Positions 49,429 through 62,310 are shown, counted from the stretch's first letter. The stretch: 64,000 bases of DNA from Octopus sinensis (GCF_006345805.1 NC_043014.1:33666001-33730000); one strand, 5' to 3'. Translations and numbers: made by a program. Notes: generated by a model not told the origin, from the letters alone.

Positions 49429-49749
49429 GTTTATGTATTTGTTTTGCAAGATTCGTGATGTGAAATCGTGTGTTGAAACAGATATTGTTATATTTCGGGA
49501 TGATCATTTATTTTTGATTTTTGCCAACTAAACACACGCACTATACGTTCGTTCTTCATCTAACATTTAACATTGTTCTTATTTTATGTCCTTTGTCTGG
49601 AAATCTTTCGTTGCACATCTTGTGGCCTCCTCAGCGATTCTCCATCCCACGTGTCTCCTATTCTCTTTAGTTCATTCTATCTTTCAATAGTGGTTAGCGT
49701 GTTGTACTCGCGATCGCGAAAACACGTTTTAAATATATAATATATATAT

Positions 49750-50290
49750 AATTAAATAAGGGTAGAAATTGGTATTAATCAATTAAAACCAGTGGCTTAG
49801 CATACTTTTTAAAATCCGAAGATTAAATATTGTGCTACATACAAAATTTAGAGGACTGACCACTAAAAGTGGACAGCCTATATGCTAAACATAGACGGCA
49901 AATCGCCATTACCACGAAGAATATGTTCTCAAGAAAAATCTCAGCAATAAACCAAAATGTAAAAATAACCAAGGCAAGTGAAAATATACGAAATAAAGAA
50001 CAATTACCTATGTACCGTTGGTTCCACTTGTTAATATTTACGTATATGGACACGCAAACATCTGCAAGATCATCAGAATAGTCTGTCGTTTACAAAACAC
50101 AGTTTCCAGAACTAGACACAGAACGCTCAACCGATATCCAACATGTATAAAGTTCTACTATTTATATTTAGATGTATCTTTTCAAATACCCTCACTTTGG
50201 CGCGCTGTGACTGGAAACTACTCTGCAGTTAATGAACTACAGCAGTAAATTTACCGGTTAGAGATTTAAAATTAAATATGGGTAGAAATT
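49750..50290 (-). mobile_element. Penelope-type terminal-repeat remnant, homolog of 2340-2650, with a degenerate hammerhead (50008-50081)
   Basis: Long collinear similarity to the reverse complement of 2340-2650; CTGATGA retained, GAAAC decayed to GGAAC; terminal GGGTAGAAATTG motif recurs at about 50280. Confidence 0.65.
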
Positions 50291-50517
50291 GATATAAATT
50301 AATATCAATTGATTTTTGTTATTTTATATTTAATATTTCTATTATATGTAATTTTCTAGATGGTGTAATTTAATTGTTCATTTTGAATTGATAAAAGGTG
50401 TTTTTTTTCTAATTCATATATATATATTATATTTTGTGAAATTTGATTTAGTATTTCTAAATTGAATTTTTCCCTGTAAGTTAGGAATAATATTCCCTCA
50501 AATTATTATTATTATAT

Positions 50518-50548
<31 letters not shown>

Positions 50549-50925
50549 GCTAAAGGCGGTGCTCCAGCATGGCTGCAGTCAAATGACAAACAAATAAAAG
50601 AAAAATCTAAATAATGTAAAAAATGTACTTAAAAAGATGTCAGGAAAAAAGAATGATACGAACATTTTGGAAGGAATATTTTGTATTGTGTGTCTAAGCG
50701 CTTTCGTTGTTAACGAGACTGAATCAAGTATTTTCTTTTAAAACCTTGCACACACATGCTCACGCAAACATATACAGACATATAGACACATACATATACG
50801 CACAGACGCGTGTGTGTGGGTGTGTGGGTAGGTATGTGCTTATGTATAAGTATGTCTGGATTTATAAACGCGTGAAAAGTATATTTTTTGATGGTGTATG
50901 CATAAATGTAAATGATTGACAATTA

Positions 50926-51066
50926 TTAGGTTGTCCCAAAAGTTCGTAAACACTTGCGAAAATTGAATTTTTACTCGCCAAGTACTAACAAAAACAACAA
51001 AAATTATTCCTCAAAATAAAGACCATTATTTTCCAAGACTTTCTACGAACTTTTGGGACAACCTTA
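50926..51066. mobile_element. 141-bp mariner-type MITE
   Basis: TIRs TTAGGTTGTCCCAAAAGTTCGTA / TACGAACTTTTGGGACAACCTTA; TA at 50924-50925 and 51067-51068. Confidence 0.9.
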
Positions 51067-51156
51067 TAATAAGTGTTCGTGCGCGTGTATGAGTGCGTGA
51101 ACATACGTGTGAGTGTGGGAGGAGGAAAAGGTAAACGTACAAACACACTTAAATAC

Positions 51157-51189
<33 letters not shown>

Positions 51190-51228
51190 GTGTGTGTGTG
51201 TGTGTGCGTGTGTGTATACATTCATATG

Positions 51229-51259
<31 letters not shown>

Positions 51260-51338
51260 GTACATAGGCATACATTAACACATTCACTCATATGCGTGCA
51301 TAACGCATACGCGCGCGCACTTAGACACACACACACAC

Positions 51339-51371
<33 letters not shown>

Positions 51372-51519
51372 CGCACGAACAGACGCACGCGTACGAACGA
51401 GGGAGGGAGATGAAATACAGTATAGCAGATAATCCACAACGCATACTCCATCATTCACGGCGATTAGGAAATCTCACGCTTCATATATTCATATATTTGC
51501 TTAAATATGAATATAAATT

Positions 51520-51670
51520 GTATGTATGTATGTATGTATGTATGTATGTATGTATGTATGTATTAATGTATGTATGTATGTATTTATTATGTATGTATGT
51601 ATGTATGTATGTATGTATGTATGTATGTATGTATGTATGTATGTATGTATGTATGCATGTATGTATGTAT
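51520..51670. repeat. (TATG)n microsatellite
   Basis: Direct reading. Confidence 0.97.
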
Positions 51671-52488
51671 GTATTAAATGTGCTAAGGCAATCTGAAAAC
51701 CATAGAAGCTTTTAAACTTTTACTGATTTTTATGAAACTTTTGTGTTAACGGACACAAGTTAACAGAAGCTAAATGTAACGGAAGTTAATTAGTCCGATA
51801 ATGATTTTCAAAGTTAACTTAAAAGTGAAATTGTTTACGAAAGTGTTAACTTCGTTAATTAACGATTAATGGATCAATGGGCTTACCCCCCCCAGCACAC
51901 ATACGTACACACATATAAGCACAGATGTTAAGCACAGTTACTCGCCACACACCCAAACTCCACGCATACACACAAAAAAACGCACACGTACACACACACA
52001 TACTACAAACAAAACACACACACGATACATATACATACACGCACACACACATACCTCCCTGTTTTTGACCTGCCATTTTGACCTGCTAGTGTACCCACAC
52101 ACCACTCCTTTATTCTACTACTACTAGCCTGCTAGCGTGTTGTTCGCCATACACACACACACACACACGCACACACACTCACACACACACACTTGTCACC
52201 TTCGCACACCTTTACCATTCCGTCTTTGATATAGCTCTCCTGTTTTTTAAAATCATTTTCTTCTACTCTGACCACTTCCGTCTTTTAGTATGTGATCTCG
52301 TCTGTATCACTAGCGATTGTTTTTTCCTCTGTCTTCCCTTCTCGGGACCTTTCCTTCTTCTATGTTTCCGACGAAGAGCTCCGCTCGAAACGTCAAACCC
52401 TCCTTCTTCCCTTCTTTCCTGAGCGTCCAATAATACTTTATTTGTTCCACGTCCTTGCGTTGTTGTCTTTTTGTTTTCTTGTTTGGAT

Positions 52489-52527
<39 letters not shown>

Positions 52528-52566
52528 GTATTAGTAGATGCACACACACACACACACACATACACA

Positions 52567-52860
52567 TGAAGGCTCAAAGTATGGTGGCTAGAGTGTTCTA
52601 CATACGATCTAGCGATCGCCGTTTCGATTTCCAGTCTGGCAGTGTGTTGTGTTCTTGATGAAAACGCTTCATTTCACGTTGCTCCTGTCTGCTCAGCTGC
52701 AAACATATAACACTATCACAGACTGGGGTAACCGCTGAAGAGGAACATTGGCCTACCTGCTAAGCCAGTGAGATGGCTTTATTCGAAAGCTACAACAATG
52801 CGTGGAAGAGCATCGTAACCAGTGGTATATAACAATATCCGATTATCGCGCTGATACAGT
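52567..52860 (+). mobile_element. Old SINE of the group C superfamily (body 2 plus tail type 2)
   Basis: TTGTGTTCTTGATGAAAACGCTTCATTTCACGTTGCTCC body, then GCTAAGCCAG..TTCGAAAGCTACAACAATGCG tail. Confidence 0.7.
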
Positions 52861-53684
52861 GATGTATATCTAACTATATATATATATATATATTTGTAAG
52901 TCTATAAGAATTACTTAAGCCAAGACTAACACATCAGATGTAGTAAAGCACTTCTAAATTGATGATGCTCTCACTCAGCCGGATAAAACTCTGGCCAACC
53001 AAATATGGCATACATCAAGAACAACTTTAGTTGTATGAAAAAATATAATATTCAAATTCTCACATCATCTATTCATGACCTAATTACAAATTCAAAATGA
53101 CCGACAAGGCAAACAGACCCCTCTCTGCTTATTTCTGTGTTCCTTTCTGTTGAAGAGCGTAGGCTCGAAACGTAAAAGACTTTCTCACTTCCCGAGAGTT
53201 AAGCTAATACATCTGTTTGTTGTTTACACACCCGTCTTCGTCCTCTGTTTTGTTTTGTTTTTTTGTTTTTTTGTAAATTCCAACTATATATATATATCGT
53301 CTATTTGAATGTTTTGCGTCCTTGTCCCATTTTGTATATATATATATAGTATATATATACTATATATATATATATATATACACATATGTATGTATGTATG
53401 TATGTATGTCAAATACGACGTGCAGGACGGTTTTGTCCATTTTAACACACACCGAAATTTATTCTTAAATTTATTCCCCATATATTTTTTGAGGTGTCAA
53501 AGTTTCTATCGTAATCCAGTAACATGGAACCGATGTAATTTTTAACTTTTGCACAAATAAATGAAACAGTTTTGTGAGGTTTAATTGGTTGGCTAAAATG
53601 ACTCCTTTACGACTTAAATTGTTTCAGCTTCAACACACGTACGCAACTCCAGCCTCTTTTCTGACAAGTACAAGTCCATTGTCT

Positions 53685-53727
53685 GTCTATCTGTCTGTCT
53701 ATTTATCTATCTATCTATCTATCTATC

Positions 53728-53784
<57 letters not shown>

Positions 53785-53806
53785 GCTAGCTAGCTATCTA
53801 TCTATA

Positions 53807-53847
<41 letters not shown>

Positions 53848-53850
53848 GTC
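53685..53850. repeat. (TCTA)n microsatellite
   Basis: Direct reading. Confidence 0.97.
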
Positions 53851-54054
53851 TATCTATCAGTTGCATATGTATATGTATGTGAACCTCCCGAGTATATTAA
53901 CATTAAATCGCCCTTTTTTAAGCAGTATTGAATTTGTTTCGCTTTTTGAGTATATATAAAAGCGTTGTGACGTGTTGTATTCTTTACTCTCTTTGTAAAG
54001 CGTAAAATATGTTTAATTAAACTTTACATCTTTCACGTTCAGGTATGTGTGTGT

Positions 54055-54099
<45 letters not shown>

Positions 54100-54289
54100 G
54101 TGTGTGTGTGTGTGTGGTGTGTGTATTTGTTTGTATATCCTTCATCATGGGGTAGAAAACCCCTTGACGAACGATATAGTATTCTACCTTAAAGTATATT
54201 CGACAAAACCTTCTCCATAGAATTTACTTTTTCCAAGACATTTTTCGAATGAAATAAGAAAAACACTTTAAAATTGTATTCCATAATTC

Positions 54290-54950
54290 TTTTAATCTTG
54301 ACACAAGGCCAGAATTTTAAAGGAAGTAGGGTGGGGGAAGGGAAGTCGATAACAGCAATTCAAATCTACTAGGGCTTATTTTATCGACCCCGAAATAAGG
54401 AAAGGCAAAAATAACCTCAGCGGAATTTGAACTCAAAATGGAATGATCCAGAAGAAACGTAACCAAGCTTACCGCCTGTTTCAAATTTTGGCTCGAGACC
54501 AGCAGTTTTGGGAGGAGGAGTAAGCGGTTACATCGATCCCAGTGAAGGCGGCGAGCTGGCAGAAACGTTAGTACGCTGAGCGAAATGCTTAACGGTATTT
54601 CGTCTGCGTTACGTTGTGAGTTCAAATTCCGCCGAGATCGACTTTGCCTTTCATCCTTTCGGGGTCGATAAATTAAGTACCAGTTACGCACTGGGGTCGA
54701 TGTAATCGACTTAATACCTATGTCTGTCTTTGTTTGTCCCCTCTATGTTTAGCCCCTTGAGGGTAATACAGAAATAGGTTACATCGATCCCAGTACATGA
54801 TTGACTCTTTAATTTACCGATCCTGAAGGGTTACAGGCAAAGTTAAACTAGGCGGAATTTGAACTAAGAAGGCAAAGAACCGGAAGAAATGCCGTTAAGC
54901 ATTATATTCTACGTACTAATGATTTTGTCAGTAGGCTGCCTTCTAATCCC
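54290..54950. mobile_element. Cluster of group A SINEs: intact + copy (about 54545-54778) within or between degenerate - copies
   Basis: Alignment to group A; TTACATCGATCCCAGT occurs on both sides (about 54528-54543 and 54779-54794), a probable TSD. Confidence 0.82.
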
Positions 54951-55233
54951 TAATGAAAAGATTAGTTTAGTGCTCTTTTATTTACTATAATTATACTAAA
55001 CTAAAATTAAATAATTACTAAATTAATCATTTAATTTTTTTTTTTGTATGGATTTTTCTTCTTAAAAATTCTTATTACGTATTTATATGCTATTTATTTT
55101 AATCGCAGGGGTTCTGCACTGCAATTCAAACATGTGAGCTTTGACCAAGATGACGTAAGTTTTTGCCTTGGCGGAGGAGTGGCTGTTCCACATTCATACA
55201 TCTATTAATAATAAATATTCATTTGTACGTGTA

Positions 55234-55304
<71 letters not shown>

Positions 55305-55376
55305 TACGTCATAAGAATTAAAAAATTTTTGCAAAATTTATGAATTAAATTATGTTTAATGCTGGAACTCGAAGTA

Positions 55377-55943
55377 TTGGGTTGTCCTGAAAGTTCGTGC
55401 CGATTTTTAAAGGAAAGAAAAGGTCAATAAATACTTGCCATTACATTTTTAATCAACCAAATATGAACCATTTTGTTGCACAATGCATCTCCATCTTCCT
55501 TTTAACTTGAAAATACCCTCTTCCCAGAATTGAGGTGGTTTCATGGCAAAGAATTTATCAAGGTATCTTTTTACGTCATCAAAGGAATTGTAATTTTTAA
55601 CATTAAGACTATTCTGCAGAGACCTGAGTAAGTGGAAATCCGAAGGAGCAATATCTGGTGAATATGGAGGGTGGGGTAACACATCTTAGCCAAGCAGCAG
55701 CAATTTTTGTCTGGTTCCCAAGTCATCAAGTGCCGAAAATGAACTTCCTTATCTTCCATTTTAAAGGGTTACAGAATTAACACAGATTATAGAAACATAA
55801 ACTTTCTTCCACGAAAATATAGCTTAAACTGTGCTCTAAATGAAGGTGTAGTGAAATCCTATTTTATGGACTCAACCTTGTTCTAAAATAAGTCGAAAGG
55901 TAAACTCTACTATAAATCGGCACGAACTTTCCGGACAACCCAA
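55377..55943 (-). mobile_element. 567-bp internally deleted mariner transposon with both TIRs
   Basis: TIRs TTGGGTTGTCC(T/G)GAAAGTTCGTGCCGATTT, TA flanks at 55375-55376 and 55944-55945; N-terminal MEDKEVHFRHLM joined to C-terminal LPHPPYSPDIAPSDFHLLRSLQNSL...EGIFKLKGRWRCIVQQNGSYLVD*. Confidence 0.95.
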
Positions 55944-56242
55944 TAGATAAAATAATGAATATTAATGTGTTTAATATTGGGTTATAAAAAATCCTTCTTG
56001 GACTGAAGTAGTTGACGACTGCACGTGGGACTCAAATCCACATATTTTGTAAAAGTAGCAGATTCAACATTATACCATTTATACCAAAGCAACCAGTCGG
56101 ATTTTCACCATCCATTTTCAATGCTTTGTTCAATTACCAACGAATAGTATGTTTCTTTAATTAACTCAATATTTCTCAATATTTCTTTAATTAACTAGGC
56201 GATGCCTAATACAATTGCTTCAATTTATTACTGTATCTCATA

Positions 56243-56749
56243 GGAGTGGCTGTGTGGTATGAAGCTTGTTTCTCAACCACATGGTTCTGGGTTCAGTCCC
56301 ACTGCGTGGAACCATAGGCAAGTGTCTTCTACAATAGCCTCGGACTTACCAAAGACTTGTGAACGGAGCTGACAACCGGTGTTGGTGTGTTCTCGTCCCT
56401 GTAACTAAGCGATTCAGCAATAGTTACCGATAGAATAAATATCAGTCTTTAAAAAATAAGTCCTGGGGTTGAGTCATTCGACTAAAAATTCTTCAGACGC
56501 GTTGTGTTCTTGAGCAAGACACTTTATTTCACGTTGCTCCAGTCCACTCAGCTGGTAAAAATTAGCTGTACCTGTAATTCTAAGGGACAGCCCTCTCACA
56601 TTCTGTATCACGTTGAATCTCCCTCAGAACTTCGTTAAAAGTACGCGTGTCTGTGGAATGCTCAGCCACTTGCACGTTAATTTCACGAGCAGACTGTTCC
56701 GTTGATCGGATCTAACCGGAACCCTCGTCGTCGTAACCGACGGAGTGGC

Positions 56750-56750
<1 letters not shown>
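56243..56750 (+). mobile_element. Degenerate group B SINE (about 56243-56490) abutting a headless body 2 plus tail 3 SINE (about 56497-56750)
   Basis: Alignment to 45805-46211 and to the tail of 40504-40860. Confidence 0.8.
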
Positions 56751-56786
<36 letters not shown>

Positions 56787-56888
56787 AACTTACTTGGAAA
56801 TGGATACGTGACGTTCAATCAAATAATAATATAAATAATAAATATATATATATATTATATATATATATTTGCGTATACACATATATAT

Positions 56889-57180
56889 GGAGGTGCAATG
56901 GCCCAGTGGTTAGGGCAGCGGACTCGCGGTCGTAGGTTTCGATTCCCAGACCGGCGTTGTGAGTGTTTATTGAGCGAAAACACCTAAAAGCTCCACGATG
57001 CTCCGGCAGGGGGTGGTGATCCTTGCTGTACTCTTTCACCACTCTTTCTCCCACTCTTTCTTCTGTTGACCTGCTCGCTTAGCCAGCGGGGTGGCGTCAT
57101 TCGAAGGCTAAAACAATGCGAGCGCATTGAGACCAGCGATGTATAACAACATCTGATGGTCTGGTCGGTCACATGATCAC
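56889..57180 (+). mobile_element. SINE group C, tail type 2
   Basis: End-to-end similarity with 15982-16290. Confidence 0.9.
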
Positions 57181-57205
57181 GTGATATATATTATTTATAG
57201 GTATG

Positions 57206-57236
<31 letters not shown>

Positions 57237-57798
57237 GTAGGTGTGTGTATGTATATGTATGTATGTATGTATGTGTGTATGTATATGTATATAGATGTAT
57301 ACACACATCATGCACATCCTTTCTTCCAAATAAAACTGTCAGTGAAAGCATCGTTCTCTTCTGTATTACTTATTACTTTCATAAGACCAATCAATGAAGT
57401 TTTAAATGTCAAATCTACATCAAATCGGGTTGTATTAGAGTATATAGATACACACACACTCATACACACAAACTCAGACACATTCTACTTCGTAAATATC
57501 TTTGCAATGACAGGCGCCACTTAAAAGAACAATCTTGTACAAATTCAAGTGACAAGAGATAAAAAGGATTATTAGGTAGGTTGTTAAAGAGTTATGTTTG
57601 ATTAGTATCGAATAATCAGTCGTCTAGTATTTTATTTCTGCTGCCGTTCGCTTTCTTGATGGACTTCGTTAAAGTTCGTTAAAGTTAGTTTATTTTGTAA
57701 AAGATACGGGGAATAGCTATCCAAGGGACAGTTGGGTGTCTTATGTTACAAAGGATGTAAGGCCTCCATATTCGATAGGAGGGCAGTGATAGAGACAG

Positions 57799-57799
<1 letters not shown>

Positions 57800-57838
<39 letters not shown>

Positions 57839-57892
57839 GTATGTGTGTGTGTGTGTGTGTGTGTATACATTACATATAGACAGAAAGAGATG

Positions 57893-57965
<73 letters not shown>
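57800..57965. repeat. (GT)n and (GATA)n microsatellites
   Basis: Direct reading. Confidence 0.95.
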
Positions 57966-57968
<3 letters not shown>

Positions 57969-58084
57969 TGAGGTTAGACATTCAGGGAGATAAGTACGTC
58001 TATACACAATTAGATAGACAACATTTAGCTATGTAAATAGAGTCACGTGTGGTATAGCTAAACAGATAGATAGAAAGATTATAT

Positions 58085-58116
<32 letters not shown>

Positions 58117-58264
58117 CTCTCACACACACAAACACACACACATTCATAGTTAGATGGATAGTTAGACCAACAAGTCAATAGGCATTAAATTAGATTCATA
58201 AATGTATAAATGTATTCATTAAGTCGCTGATTAATTGGCTAATCAACCAGTAAAATATTGATTT

Positions 58265-59080
58265 AAGGGTCATCCCGAAAGTAATACAATAGTGGAGATA
58301 GCTTTAACCAGCATAAATCGTTCATGTGGCTGCTGTCGGTAAAGTAACTCATTATCTATAGAAATGCACCAGTCTCCATAATAAGCGAGGCATTCTCGCC
58401 ATTGTCAACTTTATCTCTGGAATCTTTTATGAAAAGAAATCAGGTGTGTACTACGGTACCCACTTCTTAACAGCTTCTTTCGCCTCGTCTGTATCGTAAA
58501 ATCAGTCTCCGAAAACTGTGCTTCAATGGTTCAAAGGTGATAGTCGGAGGGTACCAGATCTGGGCTTTACTAAACACAAGAGACCACTGACCAATCCAGT
58601 TTGTCTATTGCCTGATTTGTTGCCAAAAATGCATGCAGTCACGAATTATCATAATGAATGCGGCTTGTTTTCAGATCCTTGCTTGGTCTCTTCCTCCTAT
58701 GTCTCAAAGTTCACGGTACAACCACTTTCCAAAACAATCAAGGACAGTGACGTCCTTATTATCCCAAAAGATATTCCCTATGACTTACTGTACCGATTGC
58801 TGGCTCTTGTACTCTTTAGACCTTGGAAAAGAGAGATGTGGCGCCATTCTTTGGCTTTTGTTTCCAGATCTTAAAGGTGCACCCAAGTTTCATCTCGTCC
58901 CACCAGATCGGAAATAAAGAAAACAAGTCTTCATTAGCTTCAAATACTTCCAGCAGATAAAAGCAAATTCCAATCATTTCCCCTTCCGATAGGCGTTCAT
59001 GTTCAGATTTTATAATTGGTGTTTAAAGGCCATCTTTATTTTACGAGCGATGTTTATTAAGATTCATCGACTCTGCGTAG
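58265..59080 (-). pseudogene. Old mariner transposase remnant (catalytic domain), distinct from the 55.4-kb element
   Basis: Minus strand GRDETWVHL*DLETKAKEWRH, IFWDNKDVTVLDC/LESGCTVNFE, SPDLVPSDYHL, DEAKEAVKKW, QWRECLAYYGD; TIR-like TAAGGGTCATCCCGAAAGTAATAC at about 58265-58290. Missed by the ORF track. Confidence 0.88.
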
Positions 59081-60135
59081 ACTATCATCTTAAATATGTG
59101 AACGGTTTATTATGTGTGTGCGTATCTGTCTTTATGTATGTGTGTAGATATGTATGATGTATGGTATATTGTAAATGGGATACGTTGGTCGTTCTGTATG
59201 TGTATAGAGTGGATTGTGGGTTATATGCGCAATGGTTATTGCTGTTGTTGCATATTTCACACCGGTTCCGAATACGTAAATCTTTAATCAAACATTTTTA
59301 AGCCTCGATTAAATCTTCTTTTCTCAAAACTTCACCTTTTAATCAATCTCCTATTTTAAAGTCAATTGGGTATGGTTTGGAAGAGATGTGGCAGCCATTT
59401 TTAGCAGCTCTTAGGTTAACAAACAAGCTTGCACGTTTGCTTGTGCATATAATGGTCTAGTATATGCAGTGCGTACTGTACATGGTATACGGTGGACTTG
59501 AGTAATGCACTGTATGTGGAGTAGAATATGTGCTGTGGGTACTCTACACTATAGACTGAGCTGTATGGAGTATTCACTGTACGTTGTGGGATGTGTGAAT
59601 AACATACAGAGGAGAGGTTGTGCAGTATAAACAGTGTGTTCACGTTACAGTATGAGAAAGTGTGTTGTTACACAGTATAGGGTGCAATGTCGGCAAGCTA
59701 CGCACTACGGGGAATGATGTTACTGATGTACACATTATCGTATGTAATATGTGTAGTGTACACAGTATAGTGTATAAAGTTAAAGTAATTAATACACGTG
59801 GTATGTGTGTGTATCCTGTATGCATGAGTCTTTTTGCCTGTAAGTCTCTCTCTCTCACTATATATATGGGTATATATATGCGTATGATACATGGATATAG
59901 ATACGGGTATATATGTATGCATGTATATATGTATGTATGTACGTATGTATGCATGTATGTAAGTAAGTATCAAAATAATTGTGTGCATACATGCGTACAT
60001 ACATAATTTCATTTAGCTTTATTAATGTATATACATATACCCACACACACACTCTAACGCACACACACACATGCTTGCATGTGTATACATGTGTAATTGC
60101 ATAAAGAAATGTATATTTGCATAACTATGTGTATA

Positions 60136-60173
<38 letters not shown>

Positions 60174-60233
60174 TATACAAACATTCTTATACATACATAT
60201 ATGTGTGTGTGTGTCTTTCTAAATATATTTTAC

Positions 60234-60290
<57 letters not shown>

Positions 60291-60468
60291 AATACATACA
60301 TGCATACATACACACACACATACATATATTCATGTGTGCGTATAAGTAGAGTAATTACAGATGAAACAATATATGTACAAATAAACACAGAAACATCGAC
60401 TTTGTTGTTTTTATAATTAGAAAGGGGATTACAGATGTTATTGTTGTATACTACTGCGGTTGTGGGTC

Positions 60469-60469
<1 letters not shown>

Positions 60470-60521
<52 letters not shown>

Positions 60522-60700
60522 GGTGGTGGTGGTGGTGGTGGTAGTAGTAGTAGTATTAGTATTAGTAGTAGTAGTTGTAGTAGTAGTAGTAGTAGTAGTA
60601 GTAGTTGCTGTTGTTTTTGTTGTTGTTCATGGTGGTGATGGAATTGGCCGGATGGCTTGTTGGCTTGTTGGTTGGCTGGTTGGCTGGTTGGCTAGTTGGT
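60470..60700. repeat. (GTA)n/(GGT)n/(GGTT)n simple repeats
   Basis: Direct reading. Confidence 0.95.
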
Positions 60701-60904
60701 TGGTAACGGTGAAGCTGGTACTCCGAGTAGCTGTGGTCGCAATCACTTCATGGTTTGTGTACTGGTGATATATATTGATGATGTTCTTTATGTATGTATA
60801 TATTTCATCAATGTAGCTCACTCCATCCTCTCTGTCTCCCTTTCTTTCCCTCCTTCCCTCCATCCCCCCTCTCTCTCTCTCTCTCACACACACACATATA
60901 CACA

Positions 60905-62310
60905 CTTGCTGAATGACCCGGTGTTGCCTGGCTTACTGCTGCTCTTATTCAGATTAGTAAACAATAAATATAAAGATATATCCTCATAATTATTTCAAAA
61001 TATCAATATATTTTATTAAGAAATATCTATCCAAATTGTAATAATAGATTTCGAACTGGAAATCTGTCAATGTTGAAGCACTTCATGGTAAACAATATCC
61101 ATTGTGTAATTTTTTGTTGGTGTCGAAATGTATAAACTGTTGCTGTTTCCAACTCTCGAGCAAGCAACATAGAGTTGGCCGTGGGAGAAGTAAGTAGTAG
61201 AGAGATCAAGTGCAGCAACCTTGAAGGATTGAACCCGAGGAGTTAATTCAAATACCAAAGCTTAGTTTGACTAGAAACTGAAGCATCTTAAATTCAAATG
61301 GAACATCTGTAGGTATGAGAGGAATCTTGAGAATAAAGACATTTTCTCCTTTGTGACTACCTGTTATGATTGTTACCTGTAGAACATGGTGCTTCATGGG
61401 TGTAAAAATTAAGCGAGTTCCATTTCACAGGTGAGATGGGTCAAGATTCTTAAGCAACATAATGGGAGCACCCATTTTTTTGTGTCAAGTTATGCGGCGA
61501 CATCCCAGCGGGTTTGTGTTCAGAAATTCAACGGGGTATTGAGCAACCTGATCATGATCACCTGTAGTCAATTGAACGAAAAGTCATTTCTGATATTGAT
61601 GTATCTCTCTTTTACTCTTTTACTCTTTTACTCTTTTACTTGTTTCAGTCATTTGACTGCGGCCATGCTGGAGCACCGCCAGTACTTATTCTATCGGTCT
61701 CTTTTGCCGAACCGCTAAGTGACGGGAAGTAAACACACCAGCATCGGTTGTCAAGCAATGCTGGGGGGACAAACACAGACACACAAACACACACACACAT
61801 ACATATATATATACATATATACGACGGGCTTCTTTCAGTTTCCGTCTACCAAATCCACTCACAAGGCATTGGTCGGCCCGAGGCTATAGCAGAAGGCACT
61901 TGCCCAAGATGCCACGCAGTGGGACTGAACCCGGAACCATGTGGTTGATTAGCAAGCTACTTACCACACAGCCACTCCTGTTAACTTTTGAAGAAGTTCA
62001 TGATTAAGTTTATCAACAATTTCATTAGTTGGAGCTAGTATAGCGCATTCAAATAACCAGTTAACATCAGTGTAATTGACAGATGAATAAGAAAAATTTT
62101 ATCCATAAGATCCTTAAGAGAAAGTATTATTTGACCGCATGTAATTTCATGTAGTTGAAGTCTTAAGTTGAATGTTGTTATCCCATTACCAATCTTGAGA
62201 AGCTTGTATGATCATCTTTTAGAAGTATTCTGATGTTGCTTGTAAGATTAAGTTTTTTCACGTTTCTCCTAAAGTACGATATTTTGAAGCATGCATTGAC
62301 GTCATCATAT
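60905..62310 (-). mobile_element. Helitron RepHel 3' fragment (PIF1-family helicase C-terminal half) with 3' terminus, split by a SINE
   Basis: Minus strand DDVNACFK..VKKLNLTSNIR, WLFECAILAPTNEIVDKLN, [SINE], QYPVEFLN..MGAPIMLLKNLDP..NGTRL..TIITGSHKGENVFILKIPLIPTDVPFEFKMLQFLVKLSF, FSHGQLYVACSRVG..IVYHEVL; terminus GCCAGGCAACACCGGGTCATTCAG-CAAG|T near 60905. Confidence 0.93.
61605..61980 (-). mobile_element. SINE group B inserted in the Helitron helicase ORF (about 45-bp internal deletion)
   Basis: Alignment to the other group B copies. Confidence 0.92.
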
